In this document: piece by piece, positions 38,968-50,011 of the stretch | Numbering within the stretch: position 1 is the first letter of the stretch | Layout: each line of letters begins with the position of its first letter | Assembly (NCBI GenBank): GCA_015062385.1 | Contig: SUUT01000001.1 | Location: 38,619-102,618, forward strand | Length of the DNA: 64,000 bases | DNA from: Alphaproteobacteria bacterium | GTDB taxonomy: Bacteria; Pseudomonadota; Alphaproteobacteria; CAAHEQ01; UBA3637 | Direction: 5' to 3' | The notes under the pieces: model-generated | Told to the model about the DNA's origin: nothing | The model's input: only the letters and a program-made list of their open reading frames with translations | Databases searched by the model: none | Made by a program: the position numbers and the translations under genes

Positions 38968-39447
38968 ATGAAAATCCGCCAAGCAACACCACTAGATGCA
39001 AAAGCTGTCAAATCCGCTCATTATCACGCCTATCAGGTCAATTATAAAGGATATTTACCGGATGATTATTTAAATAAGATGCCTTTTGATGAAGATATTA
39101 TCTCCCGAACGGCAAATTATATTCAAGAACACGAATATTACGTTGCCGAATATAACAATCGGGTCATCGGATTTGCTTCCTGTGAATATCCGGCAGATAA
39201 AACCGTTGAAATTATGGCACTCTACATTCATCCCGATTTTCAAAAACAAGGAGCCGGCTCGGCGTTGATAAAAGAAATCTGTCGATTAAAAAAAGAAATC
39301 GGATATAAAAAAATCGTATTATGGACACTTCAAAACGGTCCTTCTTTGGGATTTTATCAAAAACAAGGATTTACGCAAACAACCGGTATTTCGGCAAAAT
39401 TTTGGAAATGCAATTTACCGATTATTCAATTTGAAAAAGAATTATAA
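38968..39447 (+). CDS. GNAT-family N-acetyltransferase
   Basis: RVIGFAS...IHPDFQKQGAGSALI matches acetyl-CoA-binding motif A. Confidence 0.75.
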   Translation: MKIRQATPLDAKAVKSAHYHAYQVNYKGYLPDDYLNKMPFDEDIISRTANYIQEHEYYVAEYNNRVIGFASCEYPADKTVEIMALYIHPDFQKQGAGSALIKEICRLKKEIGYKKIVLWTLQNGPSLGFYQKQGFTQTTGISAKFWKCNLPIIQFEKEL

Positions 39448-39702
39448 TTCAACTAAATATCATATTTTTTCTCTGCATATCGGATATTTTTCCGTATTTT
39501 TTATCATTCAGTGTTTTGCACATTTCTACAAAAAAAATTCAACAATTATAACCCGCTGATTTTTATATAAAATTCAAAATAATACATTCTTTTTGACACA
39601 ACTTAAAGTATTTATTTTACAATTAAGGGTTGCATCCCCAAAAGAAAAACACTATTTAAAGTGGCATACATATGTTTATCTGAAAAGACATCGGAGTAAA
39701 AA

Positions 39703-40896
39703 ATGTTCTCAACGGCTACTGAACAATATTTGGATAAAATACAAACAAAACTGGATAAATATTCAAAAAACAAATCATCTTCTGCAAAAAAAATCGCCTT
39801 AAAACTCTTGTGGCTCAACTTAAAATTTCTTTGCAGCCCTCGGGGAACAAACAGTAAAAAATCATCTTTTTCCGATAACAAACAGCACGTTTCCATTCGT
39901 TGTTTCGGCGGTATGGGGGATTTTATTTTTGCAGCAAAATATATTGAAGCCTTATCGCATTATTTATCCGACACAGTCGAATTTGATATTTTAACGGAAA
40001 AAGAAAATCAGGCACTGTTTCAATCAATTTTTAATGGGAAACGATATATTCACAATATTATTTCACTGCCAATAAAAAAACAATATGATTTATCAATCGA
40101 AATAACCCGTTTCCCAAAAATTGTATCTTATTTTGCAGACAGACTGGATGTTAAAACACGTCATTATGTTGAAAATATCAAAACATTTTATACCGATAAC
40201 AAATTGGCATTTTACAATGATTATATTGCTCGGGGCATCACACAATTATCTGAGGGAAAACGTGAAAATCAAGCCGATATTTATCATTTGTTAAAAATGG
40301 AAAAAATACCGTTTCAATTAAAATCGGATATAGATAAACAAACGGTTTTCGAACAATTCAATATTCCCACAACCAACTTTATTACCATTCAAACCGGTGC
40401 GGGAAAACACTTTCAGCATATTACGAATGAAGTCCGCCAATGGTCACCGCTTTATTACGAACAATTAATTCGGCATTTAAAACATCGTTATCCGCATCAC
40501 ACATTTATTCAATTAGGAGAAAGTGCACACCCGTATTTAAATGGTATTGATATAGATTTAAGAAGCAAAACAACCATTTCAGAATTGTTTTGTTTACTCA
40601 AACACGCTTCTTTACACGTTTCCCAAGAAGGGGGCATGGTCATTGCCCGTCATTTTTTAAGTGGCAGACCATCTGTTGTTTTATTCGGTCCTACCGATGA
40701 AAAATTTTTCGGATTTGATGAAAATATTAACATTGCCAATCGATCCTGCCTTCATCCCTGCGAATATATTACCCCTAACTGGATGAAACAATGCCTTAAA
40801 ACAGGTTCTTGTGCCGAATGCATGCAAAATTTAACACCAAACTTCATTATTAACCGATTAAAAAAAAGCGAACATACCCATGAAAAACTATTTTGA
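39703..40896 (+). CDS. Family 9 glycosyltransferase (heptosyltransferase-like)
   Basis: The C-terminal HVSQEGGMVIARHFLSGRPSVVLFGPTD resembles the GT9 motif. It lies in the heptose locus. Confidence 0.55.
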   Translation: MFSTATEQYLDKIQTKLDKYSKNKSSSAKKIALKLLWLNLKFLCSPRGTNSKKSSFSDNKQHVSIRCFGGMGDFIFAAKYIEALSHYLSDTVEFDILTEKENQALFQSIFNGKRYIHNIISLPIKKQYDLSIEITRFPKIVSYFADRLDVKTRHYVENIKTFYTDNKLAFYNDYIARGITQLSEGKRENQADIYHLLKMEKIPFQLKSDIDKQTVFEQFNIPTTNFITIQTGAGKHFQHITNEVRQWSPLYYEQLIRHLKHRYPHHTFIQLGESAHPYLNGIDIDLRSKTTISELFCLLKHASLHVSQEGGMVIARHFLSGRPSVVLFGPTDEKFFGFDENINIANRSCLHPCEYITPNWMKQCLKTGSCAECMQNLTPNFIINRLKKSEHTHEKLF

Positions 40897-42541
40897 TACC
40901 GTTCAAAACCGTCTTGACAAATACAAAAACAAATATACGCAACATCCCCGCAAAGCTGCCATCAAAATGGCCTTATTTAACTTAGGATGCAGTTTAAAAA
41001 AACACAAAAAAACAGCAACCGCCGGACTGACAAAAACACAACTGTCTTATCCCGAAAAATTTTTACGAATTGCTATTGCCGAAGGAGGCGGTATCGGAGA
41101 TGCGTTGTTTCAATTAACGTACATTAAAGAAATCAGAAAACTGTTTAACAAACCGGTTATCATCGATTTTTATTGTCGGGCTTATCAGGCATTTCAAAAT
41201 TTTCCGTTTATTGATAACTGTTTCCCATATGATGATAATCAATCATCAAAAAAAGCATATGACGTTTATATCATTTCTCGCCGATTTTACATCATAGATA
41301 AATTTGATAAATCCAAAACAAAAAAATACAGTCCGGAATTTTATGCCTTTTGTGTGGATTGCCAAAAATTAACACATCAGATTTTAGAAAAAGAATATCA
41401 TGATAATTTATTCACTCAATATGCCTTATTATTCGGCAAAAACAGGCTTGAACAGGCGAATATTCACAATTTACTTACCGTCAACAGACATACGCCGACT
41501 TATCTACAATGGGATGAGAATGAAATGCCTGTTTTGCAAAAATATCAACTGGAAAACATCCCCTATATAACCGTTTGCCGTGCAGTTGATTCAAAATATG
41601 ATAATAAGCATCCGAAACTTTGGTCAATCGAACATTATAACACCTTAATTCAATCTCTCAAACAACGATTTCCTGAAATTAAAATCGTTCAAATCGGTTC
41701 CAATTCGGCATTTGGTCTTTTAAAAAACGTTGATTTAAATTTGGTCGGGAAAACGACACTGGAACAAACAAAAATCATTTTAAAATACAGCCTTTTACAC
41801 ATTGACGGTGAAGGCGGATTGGTTCATATGAAACACTTTTTAAACGGTAAATCCGTTGTTTTATTCGGACCAACCAGTCCCGATATTTTCGGATATAACG
41901 AAAACATTAATTTACATTCCCGTGTTTGTCCCGTCCCGTGCGAATGGGTTACCAATAAATGGACTGAAAAATGTTTACGGGGATTTTCCTTACCACCGTG
42001 TATGAAAGAATTGCGACCTGAAACAGTTTTTAAAGAAGTAGAACGTTTCTTATTAAATGTACCACAATGGCAAATCGTTCCGCTAAACGACATCAACTTA
42101 AATGATATTTTCGATAAACCGAACACAAAATTTGCTCAAATTTTACGATCCGATAATGACTTTTTAAATATGGCACACACCAAACAACATCAAATTTCCG
42201 TTTTTGATACGGATTTGAGTCTGCCGAACAAATCATTTAAAAATAATTGCTTTTATCTGCAACACGCCCGACAAAACAAAATCTCTGCCGAATATGGCAA
42301 CCTATACAACATTCCGGCAAAAGACAATTCGTTTGATATTGTGTATTGTGACCGAATTTATGAAGCAAAATATCCATCGTATGCGTTTAAAGAACTGACA
42401 CGCATTTTAAAAGAAAATGGCACGTTGATATTGGCATTTAAAACAACCGAACAGGCATTTTATGAGTTTGGACTTAACATTTATCCCAAACAAAAGTTTA
42501 TATTTCTGACAAAAAGAAAGGTTAACCATGCAACAAATTAA
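40880..42541 (+). CDS. Family 9 glycosyltransferase-like domain fused to a C-terminal class I SAM-methyltransferase-like domain
   Basis: HIDGEGGLVHMKHFLNGKSVVLFGPTSPDIFG, then FDIVYCDRIYE...LKENGTLILAF. Confidence 0.55.
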   Translation: MKNYFDTVQNRLDKYKNKYTQHPRKAAIKMALFNLGCSLKKHKKTATAGLTKTQLSYPEKFLRIAIAEGGGIGDALFQLTYIKEIRKLFNKPVIIDFYCRAYQAFQNFPFIDNCFPYDDNQSSKKAYDVYIISRRFYIIDKFDKSKTKKYSPEFYAFCVDCQKLTHQILEKEYHDNLFTQYALLFGKNRLEQANIHNLLTVNRHTPTYLQWDENEMPVLQKYQLENIPYITVCRAVDSKYDNKHPKLWSIEHYNTLIQSLKQRFPEIKIVQIGSNSAFGLLKNVDLNLVGKTTLEQTKIILKYSLLHIDGEGGLVHMKHFLNGKSVVLFGPTSPDIFGYNENINLHSRVCPVPCEWVTNKWTEKCLRGFSLPPCMKELRPETVFKEVERFLLNVPQWQIVPLNDINLNDIFDKPNTKFAQILRSDNDFLNMAHTKQHQISVFDTDLSLPNKSFKNNCFYLQHARQNKISAEYGNLYNIPAKDNSFDIVYCDRIYEAKYPSYAFKELTRILKENGTLILAFKTTEQAFYEFGLNIYPKQKFIFLTKRKVNHATN

Positions 42542-43568
42542 ACAACAGGCAGAAAAACATTCCAAAAAAAAATTAGCCTTTTTACTCGGCATTACACCTA
42601 ATCTGGCTTTTGCCGCAGGCAACGTTGCCTTGTCTATTAACAAACATATGAAATCAGATGATTACGATATCGTTATTTATTATACGGATTTACCCGATAA
42701 AGATATTCGAGCATTTAACAAAATCAACCATGTTGTATTAAAACAATTTAACCTACCGGAAAAATTTGTTCGGACAATGCTTCAAAAAATGCCGGAAAGT
42801 TCTCGTTTTAAATCAAGAAACCACCTCATGTGCTTTGCACACTTTGAGGTCTTTCCCTTACTGGATACTTATGAAAATGTCGCATGGATAGATGTTGATA
42901 CAGGCATTCAAAGAGATTTATCCGATATTATCCGCTATGCCCCATTCGGCATTAGTCCCGATACACCATGGACGGTAGGCAATCAATTTTCCCGCCCGAT
43001 TGAAGAATATGATATGGATATCACCGGACATTGTACGGCCGTTATGATTGTAAATGATTCCCTTCCCTATCAAAAAATTTATCCTTGGCTATATGAACAA
43101 GCCGAAAAATATGCCGATGCTCTGATTAATCCGGATCAAGCCATCATATCCATTATGTTACAAGAATTCAACATTACCCCCCAACTCATGCCGTTAGATG
43201 AATGGCAATGCATTTCATGGAAAGAAAAAGCACATATTGCCCGTATCGTTCACTTTGGGAATGCCCGAAAAATTTGGAAAGATATCAATATGTGTAATGC
43301 ATTTCCGGAATGGTATCGGACACATTTGGAATGGCTCAATTTAGGTGGTTCTGATTTTAATCAAAGTCAAATTTCACCACATAATATTTTAGGAACACTT
43401 GATTCCATTAACAAATCAACAACCCAAACCAATCATAAAGAATCAAGATATACCAAAAAGAAAATATACCTGTTTGGAATTATACCGCTTATCAAAATAA
43501 AAAGGCAACCCAACAAAACAAAATATTATCTTTTTTCTTGCATTCCGTTTTTAAAATTTAAAGGCTAA
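42528..43568 (+). CDS. Putative glycosyltransferase (family 8-like)
   Basis: Position in the LPS-core locus. VAWIDVDTGI is DxD-like. Confidence 0.4.
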   Translation: MQQIKQQAEKHSKKKLAFLLGITPNLAFAAGNVALSINKHMKSDDYDIVIYYTDLPDKDIRAFNKINHVVLKQFNLPEKFVRTMLQKMPESSRFKSRNHLMCFAHFEVFPLLDTYENVAWIDVDTGIQRDLSDIIRYAPFGISPDTPWTVGNQFSRPIEEYDMDITGHCTAVMIVNDSLPYQKIYPWLYEQAEKYADALINPDQAIISIMLQEFNITPQLMPLDEWQCISWKEKAHIARIVHFGNARKIWKDINMCNAFPEWYRTHLEWLNLGGSDFNQSQISPHNILGTLDSINKSTTQTNHKESRYTKKKIYLFGIIPLIKIKRQPNKTKYYLFSCIPFLKFKG

Positions 43569-43663
43569 ACAATGAAATCGTTTCAAAAATATTATCATCG
43601 CTCATCAAATAATATCAATCATCGGGTATCATTTTGTTAAAACCATCATTGAGGAACAACATC

Positions 43664-44752
43664 ATGTTAATCAACAACAAAATAACATCATTTGATTTCT
43701 TGCGATTTATTTTAGCCGTTTGTGTTGTTATCGGACACACATTTGTTGTGTTATTTCAGGTTAAGCAAACAACGATTATCATCCATAATTTAGCTGTTGA
43801 CGGTTTTTTTGTTTTATCCGGATTTTTATTGGCATTATCTTATGCCAAAACAAATAAGGATATGAAACCAGCCGACTTATTTTTAAATCAAACAAAAAAA
43901 CGAATAAAACGCCTTTGGCCGGAATTTTTCTTTGCAACCATCATTACCGGTATTTTATCGGTTATCTGTTTTAAATCAGAGGTATTTTTTCCGTTTTTGT
44001 TTAATTTGATTTTTATTGCTCAAATTGACAAAGTCCCTGCTATTGTCAACGGTTCTTGGTACGTTAGCGTTTTATTTTGGGTGGGTTGTTTTTATTCGGC
44101 ATTATTATTCTATAAAAACAAAACTGCCATTTATATTTTAATTCCACTAATTGTTTTTTTATCATTCGGCTATTTATATCCGATATACGGGCATTTAACA
44201 CTTCACGGCACAAATCATTTTATTTTAAATGCGTATCCCGTTGCTTTTTTAAAAGGATTTATGAGTATCGGAATCGGCATTTCAACGTTTTTCATTTGCC
44301 AAAGTTTGCAAACAAATCCCATCCGACTTAAACCGAAAATATTACCCGTTTTATATATTTTTGCGGAACTATCAGCACTGTTATTGTTAATTTATGCCTT
44401 TTCTCAACGGGAAACAGGCAAAACCGATTTTTTAATTTATTTTGGATATCCTGTTTTAATCGGGCTTTTATACTGCCATAAAGAAACCATTTTAAAATTT
44501 TTCAACCTGAAAATTTGGCAACCACTAACACCGATTGCTTATATGCTTTATTTAACACACGTTATTTTATTGGATATTACAAAAAAATACATTGATTATA
44601 CCGCCTATCCGCAAACAATCGTTTACATCGGCTTTCTGTTAACAAGCATCATCTTTGCATTTGCCTGTTATTACTTACAAAAATGCTTCTTTTCTTTCAT
44701 GAAAAAGGCGTTATTCATCACTCCTGCCACTTCCGTTATGCAAAAGGATTAA
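43664..44752 (+). CDS. Acyltransferase family 3 membrane protein
   Basis: FDFLRFILAVCVVIGH and 10 TM helices. Confidence 0.7.
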   Translation: MLINNKITSFDFLRFILAVCVVIGHTFVVLFQVKQTTIIIHNLAVDGFFVLSGFLLALSYAKTNKDMKPADLFLNQTKKRIKRLWPEFFFATIITGILSVICFKSEVFFPFLFNLIFIAQIDKVPAIVNGSWYVSVLFWVGCFYSALLFYKNKTAIYILIPLIVFLSFGYLYPIYGHLTLHGTNHFILNAYPVAFLKGFMSIGIGISTFFICQSLQTNPIRLKPKILPVLYIFAELSALLLLIYAFSQRETGKTDFLIYFGYPVLIGLLYCHKETILKFFNLKIWQPLTPIAYMLYLTHVILLDITKKYIDYTAYPQTIVYIGFLLTSIIFAFACYYLQKCFFSFMKKALFITPATSVMQKD

Positions 44753-44757
44753 AAATT

Positions 44758-46305
44758 ATGTCAACACTTACACAATACATTCATCGCTTTTCATCCGTTA
44801 AAGTTCTTGTTATCGGTGATATTATGCTGGACCGTTTTTTATACGGAACTGTCGAACGCATATCGCCGGAAGCTCCTGTCCCCATTTTTAAAGCCGGCAC
44901 GGAAAAACAAATGCTGGGCGGAGCCGGTAATGTGGTTGCCAACTTAACGGATTTAGGCTGTCAGGTTATGTTTATCGGCATTGTCGGAAAAGACAAAGAT
45001 GGTTTAAAAATATCCCGCTTGCTCTCACAATGCGGGGCGAAACATCATCTATTAAAATTAAATAACTATCCGACAATTGTTAAAACCCGTATTATTGCCG
45101 GCAATAATCATTTATTAAGAGCGGACCAAGAAGACATTTTACCATTTTTTGAAAACAGAATGACACAATTTAAACGCATTTTAACCCGTGCCGTTCAAAA
45201 TGCTGATATTGTCTTACTTTCAGACTATAATAAAGGTATTTTAACCCCCATAACCACCCCCGTTATTATTGACATCTGCCGACACTTAAACAAAAAAGTG
45301 ATTATTGACCCCAAAGGAAACGATTATACAAAATATACAAACGCCTTTCTGATAAAACCGAATTTAAAAGAATTTTCAGAAGCAACGGGACAAAAATACA
45401 ACCCGATTGATCCCGATTTTCAGCAAAAAATAAAAGCCGGTGCAACCCGATTGTTTTCAGCATACAACATTCAAAATTTACTGATTACATTAAGCGAACA
45501 CGGGATGATTTATGTTTCGTCACAAAACCCAAACAAACTCATTCAAATACCCACCCAAGCCAAAGAGGTTTTTGATGTTTCCGGTGCCGGAGATACGTCA
45601 CTGGCAACACTCGGTGCATCTATCGGTGCAAAAGCAAACATACATGAGGCCATGACTTTGGCCAATTTAGCCTCCGGCATTGTTGTCGGAAAATTAGGAA
45701 CGGCAACCGTTTCGGCATCAGAATTGGCAAATGTCGTCTCCAATATTCCTGTTTTGGTCAATAAATCAGCGAAAAATCAGACAGACCATTTTTCTTTTCC
45801 CAAACAACATCCCAAAATTATCACATTATCCCAAGCCAAACAAATTGTAGAATCTGCCAAACAACAGGGACTGAAAATCGGCTTTACAAACGGCTGTTTT
45901 GATTGTTGCCATTTGGGACATCTGAATTCATTTACGGAAACAAAAAAACAATGTGATATCCTCATTGTTGCAATGAATGCCGATGCATCCGTTAAACGAT
46001 ACAAAGGACCTCTTCGCCCATTACAAGACGAAAAAACACGGTCAACACTCTTGGCATCTTTGGAATGTATTGATTACGTTATTGTTTTTGAAGATGATTC
46101 CCCAATTAAAATCGTAGAAACACTTAAACCGGATATTATCGCAAAAGAAGGATATCCGTTAGATAAATGGCCCGAAGCTCAACTGGTTTTAAATTACGGC
46201 GGACAAGCCCTGACTTTAAAACGAATTGAGGGATACGCTACATCAAACATCATACAAAAAATAAAAGGAGAAATAAATGCAAACTTATCTGAACAATCAA
46301 TTTGA
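44758..46305 (+). CDS. hldE: Bifunctional D-beta-D-heptose 7-phosphate kinase / D-beta-D-heptose 1-phosphate adenylyltransferase
   Basis: N-terminal VLVIGDIMLDRFLYGTVERISPEAPVPIF. C-terminal GFTNGCFDCCHLGHLNSF. Confidence 0.9.
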   Translation: MSTLTQYIHRFSSVKVLVIGDIMLDRFLYGTVERISPEAPVPIFKAGTEKQMLGGAGNVVANLTDLGCQVMFIGIVGKDKDGLKISRLLSQCGAKHHLLKLNNYPTIVKTRIIAGNNHLLRADQEDILPFFENRMTQFKRILTRAVQNADIVLLSDYNKGILTPITTPVIIDICRHLNKKVIIDPKGNDYTKYTNAFLIKPNLKEFSEATGQKYNPIDPDFQQKIKAGATRLFSAYNIQNLLITLSEHGMIYVSSQNPNKLIQIPTQAKEVFDVSGAGDTSLATLGASIGAKANIHEAMTLANLASGIVVGKLGTATVSASELANVVSNIPVLVNKSAKNQTDHFSFPKQHPKIITLSQAKQIVESAKQQGLKIGFTNGCFDCCHLGHLNSFTETKKQCDILIVAMNADASVKRYKGPLRPLQDEKTRSTLLASLECIDYVIVFEDDSPIKIVETLKPDIIAKEGYPLDKWPEAQLVLNYGGQALTLKRIEGYATSNIIQKIKGEINANLSEQSI

Positions 46306-46843
46306 AGAATTATCTGCCGGCGTTTTAAAACTCAAAGAAAAAACACCGGAATTACTTAAAATTGCAAAAACCTGTGTTCAATCCATTCGACAAGGGAATA
46401 AAGTTATTTTTTGCGGGAACGGCGGTTCGGCGGCTCAATCACAACATCTGGCGGCAGAATTAGTCGGACGATACAAAATGGAACGCTCGGCAATGAATGC
46501 CGTTTCGTTAACAACGGATACCTCAAACATTACTGCCATCGGTAACGATTACGGATATGATGTTATTTTTTCCCGTCAACTGGAAGGAATCGGCAAAAAA
46601 GGAGATATTCTTATCGGTCTTTCAACCAGCGGAAATTCAAAAAACGTTGTTTTGGCTTTTGAACAGGCTAAAAAAATGGGCATTCAAACCGTTGCTTTTG
46701 TCGGGAACAAAGGCGGAAAAATGCAAAATTTTGCTGATTACACCCTTGCAGTGCCTGCCGAAACATCGGCACATATTCAAGAAATGCATATCACTCTCGG
46801 ACATTTATTATGTGATTTGATTGAAAGAGAAATCCATGCATAA
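46277..46843 (+). CDS. gmhA: D-sedoheptulose 7-phosphate isomerase
   Basis: VIFCGNGGSAAQSQHLAAELVGRY ... LSTSGNSKNV. Confidence 0.85.
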   Translation: MQTYLNNQFEELSAGVLKLKEKTPELLKIAKTCVQSIRQGNKVIFCGNGGSAAQSQHLAAELVGRYKMERSAMNAVSLTTDTSNITAIGNDYGYDVIFSRQLEGIGKKGDILIGLSTSGNSKNVVLAFEQAKKMGIQTVAFVGNKGGKMQNFADYTLAVPAETSAHIQEMHITLGHLLCDLIEREIHA

Positions 46844-47297
46844 AGCCCTGTTCTTGGACCGAGACGGCACAATCAACATTGATTACGGTTATGTCTATCA
46901 ACCGGAAAAATTTCATTTTATCGATGGAATTTTCGATTTGTGCCAAACGGCACAACGGTTGGGATATCTGATTATAGTTATTACCAATCAATCCGGCATT
47001 TCCCGTGGATATTTCACTGAACGGGACTTTCAAAAAATCAATACACATATGATAAATGAATTCCGAAAAAACAATATTCACATAACAGATGTATTTCACT
47101 GTCCCGATTTAATCGGACCAAATAGAAAACCCAATACAGGGATGTTTTTAACTGCTCAAAAAAAACATTGCATCAATATGAGGCAGTCGGTCTGTATCGG
47201 GGATAAAGAACAAGATATTCTTGCCGGCAAAAATGCCGGTTGCGGTAAAAATTTGTTATTTCAAAATAACTTTCAACAAATTAAGGAGGCCTTATGA
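46836..47297 (+). CDS. gmhB: D,D-heptose 1,7-bisphosphate phosphatase (HAD-IIIA)
   Basis: ALFLDRDGTIN ... ITNQSG ... CIGDKEQDILAG. Confidence 0.8.
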   Translation: MHKALFLDRDGTINIDYGYVYQPEKFHFIDGIFDLCQTAQRLGYLIIVITNQSGISRGYFTERDFQKINTHMINEFRKNNIHITDVFHCPDLIGPNRKPNTGMFLTAQKKHCINMRQSVCIGDKEQDILAGKNAGCGKNLLFQNNFQQIKEAL

Positions 47298-48280
47298 TTA
47301 TTGTAACAGGCGGAGCCGGCTTTATCGGCTCAAATATTGTTGCCAAACTGGAACAGCATGAATATAAAGACATTGTTGTCATTGATTGGCTCGGCAACGA
47401 CGATAAATGGAAAAACATTGCAAAACGGGAATTAGCAGGAATTGTTCCACCCGAACAAACACTTACTTATTTACACGAACACAAAGAAGAAATTGATGCC
47501 ATTATTCATATGGGAGCAATCTCTGCCACAACGGAAACAAATGCCGATTTGATTATCCGTTCAAATTTTACGTTAAGTTGGGATTTATGGTGTTTTTGTC
47601 GGGATAATGATGCACAATTTATCTATGCTTCATCAGCAGCAACATATGGCAACGGCGATTATGGATTTTTTGACAATGACAACATCACTTATTTAAACCA
47701 ACTAACCCCGCTCAATCCCTACGGATGGAGTAAAGCCCTGTTTGATCGAAAAATTGCACGAGAAGTTTTGGAAAAACGCCGAACACCACCCCAATATGTC
47801 GGATTAAAATTTTTTAATGTTTACGGACCGAATGAATATCATAAAGACGGACAAAAAAGCGTTGTTGCCCATATTTTTCCGGATGTAAAAGACAACAAAG
47901 AAGTCAAATTGTTTAAATCATATCATCCGCAATACAAAGATGGGGAACAACTACGGGATTTTGTTTGGGTAGAAGATATTGCCGATGTGGTTTTGTGGTT
48001 TTTGGAACACAAAGAAATCAGCGGATTATTTAACGTTGGTTCCGGTGAAGCCCGTTCATTTTATGATTTGGCAAAAGCCGTTTTTATCGCAACAAACAAA
48101 ACCCCACTTATCGGATTTAAAGAAATGCCGGAAACCTTACGAGAAAAATATCAATATTTTACCAAAGCCGATTTAACAAAACTCCGCCAAATCGGCTACA
48201 CCCAACCCATGACCCCATTAGAAGAAGGTATTCGACAATATGTGCAAAATTATTTAAATACACCGGATATTTATAAATAA
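47294..48280 (+). CDS. hldD: ADP-L-glycero-D-manno-heptose 6-epimerase
   Basis: MIIVTGGAGFIGSNIV, YGWSKALFD, SDR fold. Confidence 0.9.
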   Translation: MIIVTGGAGFIGSNIVAKLEQHEYKDIVVIDWLGNDDKWKNIAKRELAGIVPPEQTLTYLHEHKEEIDAIIHMGAISATTETNADLIIRSNFTLSWDLWCFCRDNDAQFIYASSAATYGNGDYGFFDNDNITYLNQLTPLNPYGWSKALFDRKIAREVLEKRRTPPQYVGLKFFNVYGPNEYHKDGQKSVVAHIFPDVKDNKEVKLFKSYHPQYKDGEQLRDFVWVEDIADVVLWFLEHKEISGLFNVGSGEARSFYDLAKAVFIATNKTPLIGFKEMPETLREKYQYFTKADLTKLRQIGYTQPMTPLEEGIRQYVQNYLNTPDIYK

Positions 48281-48360
48281 AATATCTGCCGTTTTTAGAT
48301 ATACAAAATCCCTGCTTTAAACATTTTCCAACATAATCGTTTTAAACAGGGATTTTAAAA

Positions 48361-48885
48361 TTATTTCCAAATTTCTTCCAATTTATAAAATTCACGGGCT
48401 TCTTTTGTAAACAAATGGATAACAATATCAATAACATCAATGACAACCCATTGACCATCACCCGTATCACCGGAAACCTGTACCCGATAACCGGCTTTTT
48501 TCAAATCGGTTGCCAAATTATTTGCCAACCCGAACACATGACGGGATGATGTTCCCGTTGCAATAACCAAATAATCGGCAAAACTTGTTTTTCCGGCTAA
48601 ATCAAGGGATAAAATTTCTTCAGCCTTTCCTTCATCCAATTTATGCACAACAAAAGACAATAATTCTTTAACCTGTTCTTGAGATAAAGCGGTCGTCCGA
48701 GGTGGCACTTTGACCGGTTTTTGTTTTTTAATTGCTTTTTTAGAGGCTGTTGTGCTTTCTTTTTTCACGATATCTTTTTTTACCGTTGCCGTTTCTTTTT
48801 TAACAGCTGTTTTTGGGGAACAAGTCCGACCCGTTGATTTTTTTTGTGTTGTTTTATCTGTTTTTGTTGTTTTTTGTGCAACCAT
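48361..48885 (-). CDS. rsfS: Ribosomal silencing factor RsfS (Iojap) with an N-terminal Lys/Thr-rich extension of about 60 aa
   Basis: The core is LSQEQVKELLSFVVHKLDEGKAEEILSLDLAGK...DYLVIATGTSSRHV. The extension is KTTKTDKTTQKKSTG...KKAIKKQKPVK. Confidence 0.75.
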   Translation of the reverse strand: MVAQKTTKTDKTTQKKSTGRTCSPKTAVKKETATVKKDIVKKESTTASKKAIKKQKPVKVPPRTTALSQEQVKELLSFVVHKLDEGKAEEILSLDLAGKTSFADYLVIATGTSSRHVFGLANNLATDLKKAGYRVQVSGDTGDGQWVVIDVIDIVIHLFTKEAREFYKLEEIWK

Positions 48886-48890
48886 TTAAT

Positions 48891-49898
<1,008 letters not shown>

Positions 49899-50011
49899 TT
49901 ATCTGCAATTAATTAATCATATTTGTATATATAACAAAAATATTCTGAAAAATCTATCTTTTTTTTATAAACATCATCTTATTTTAAAAAACGGATAAAA
50001 CTTTTAACGGA

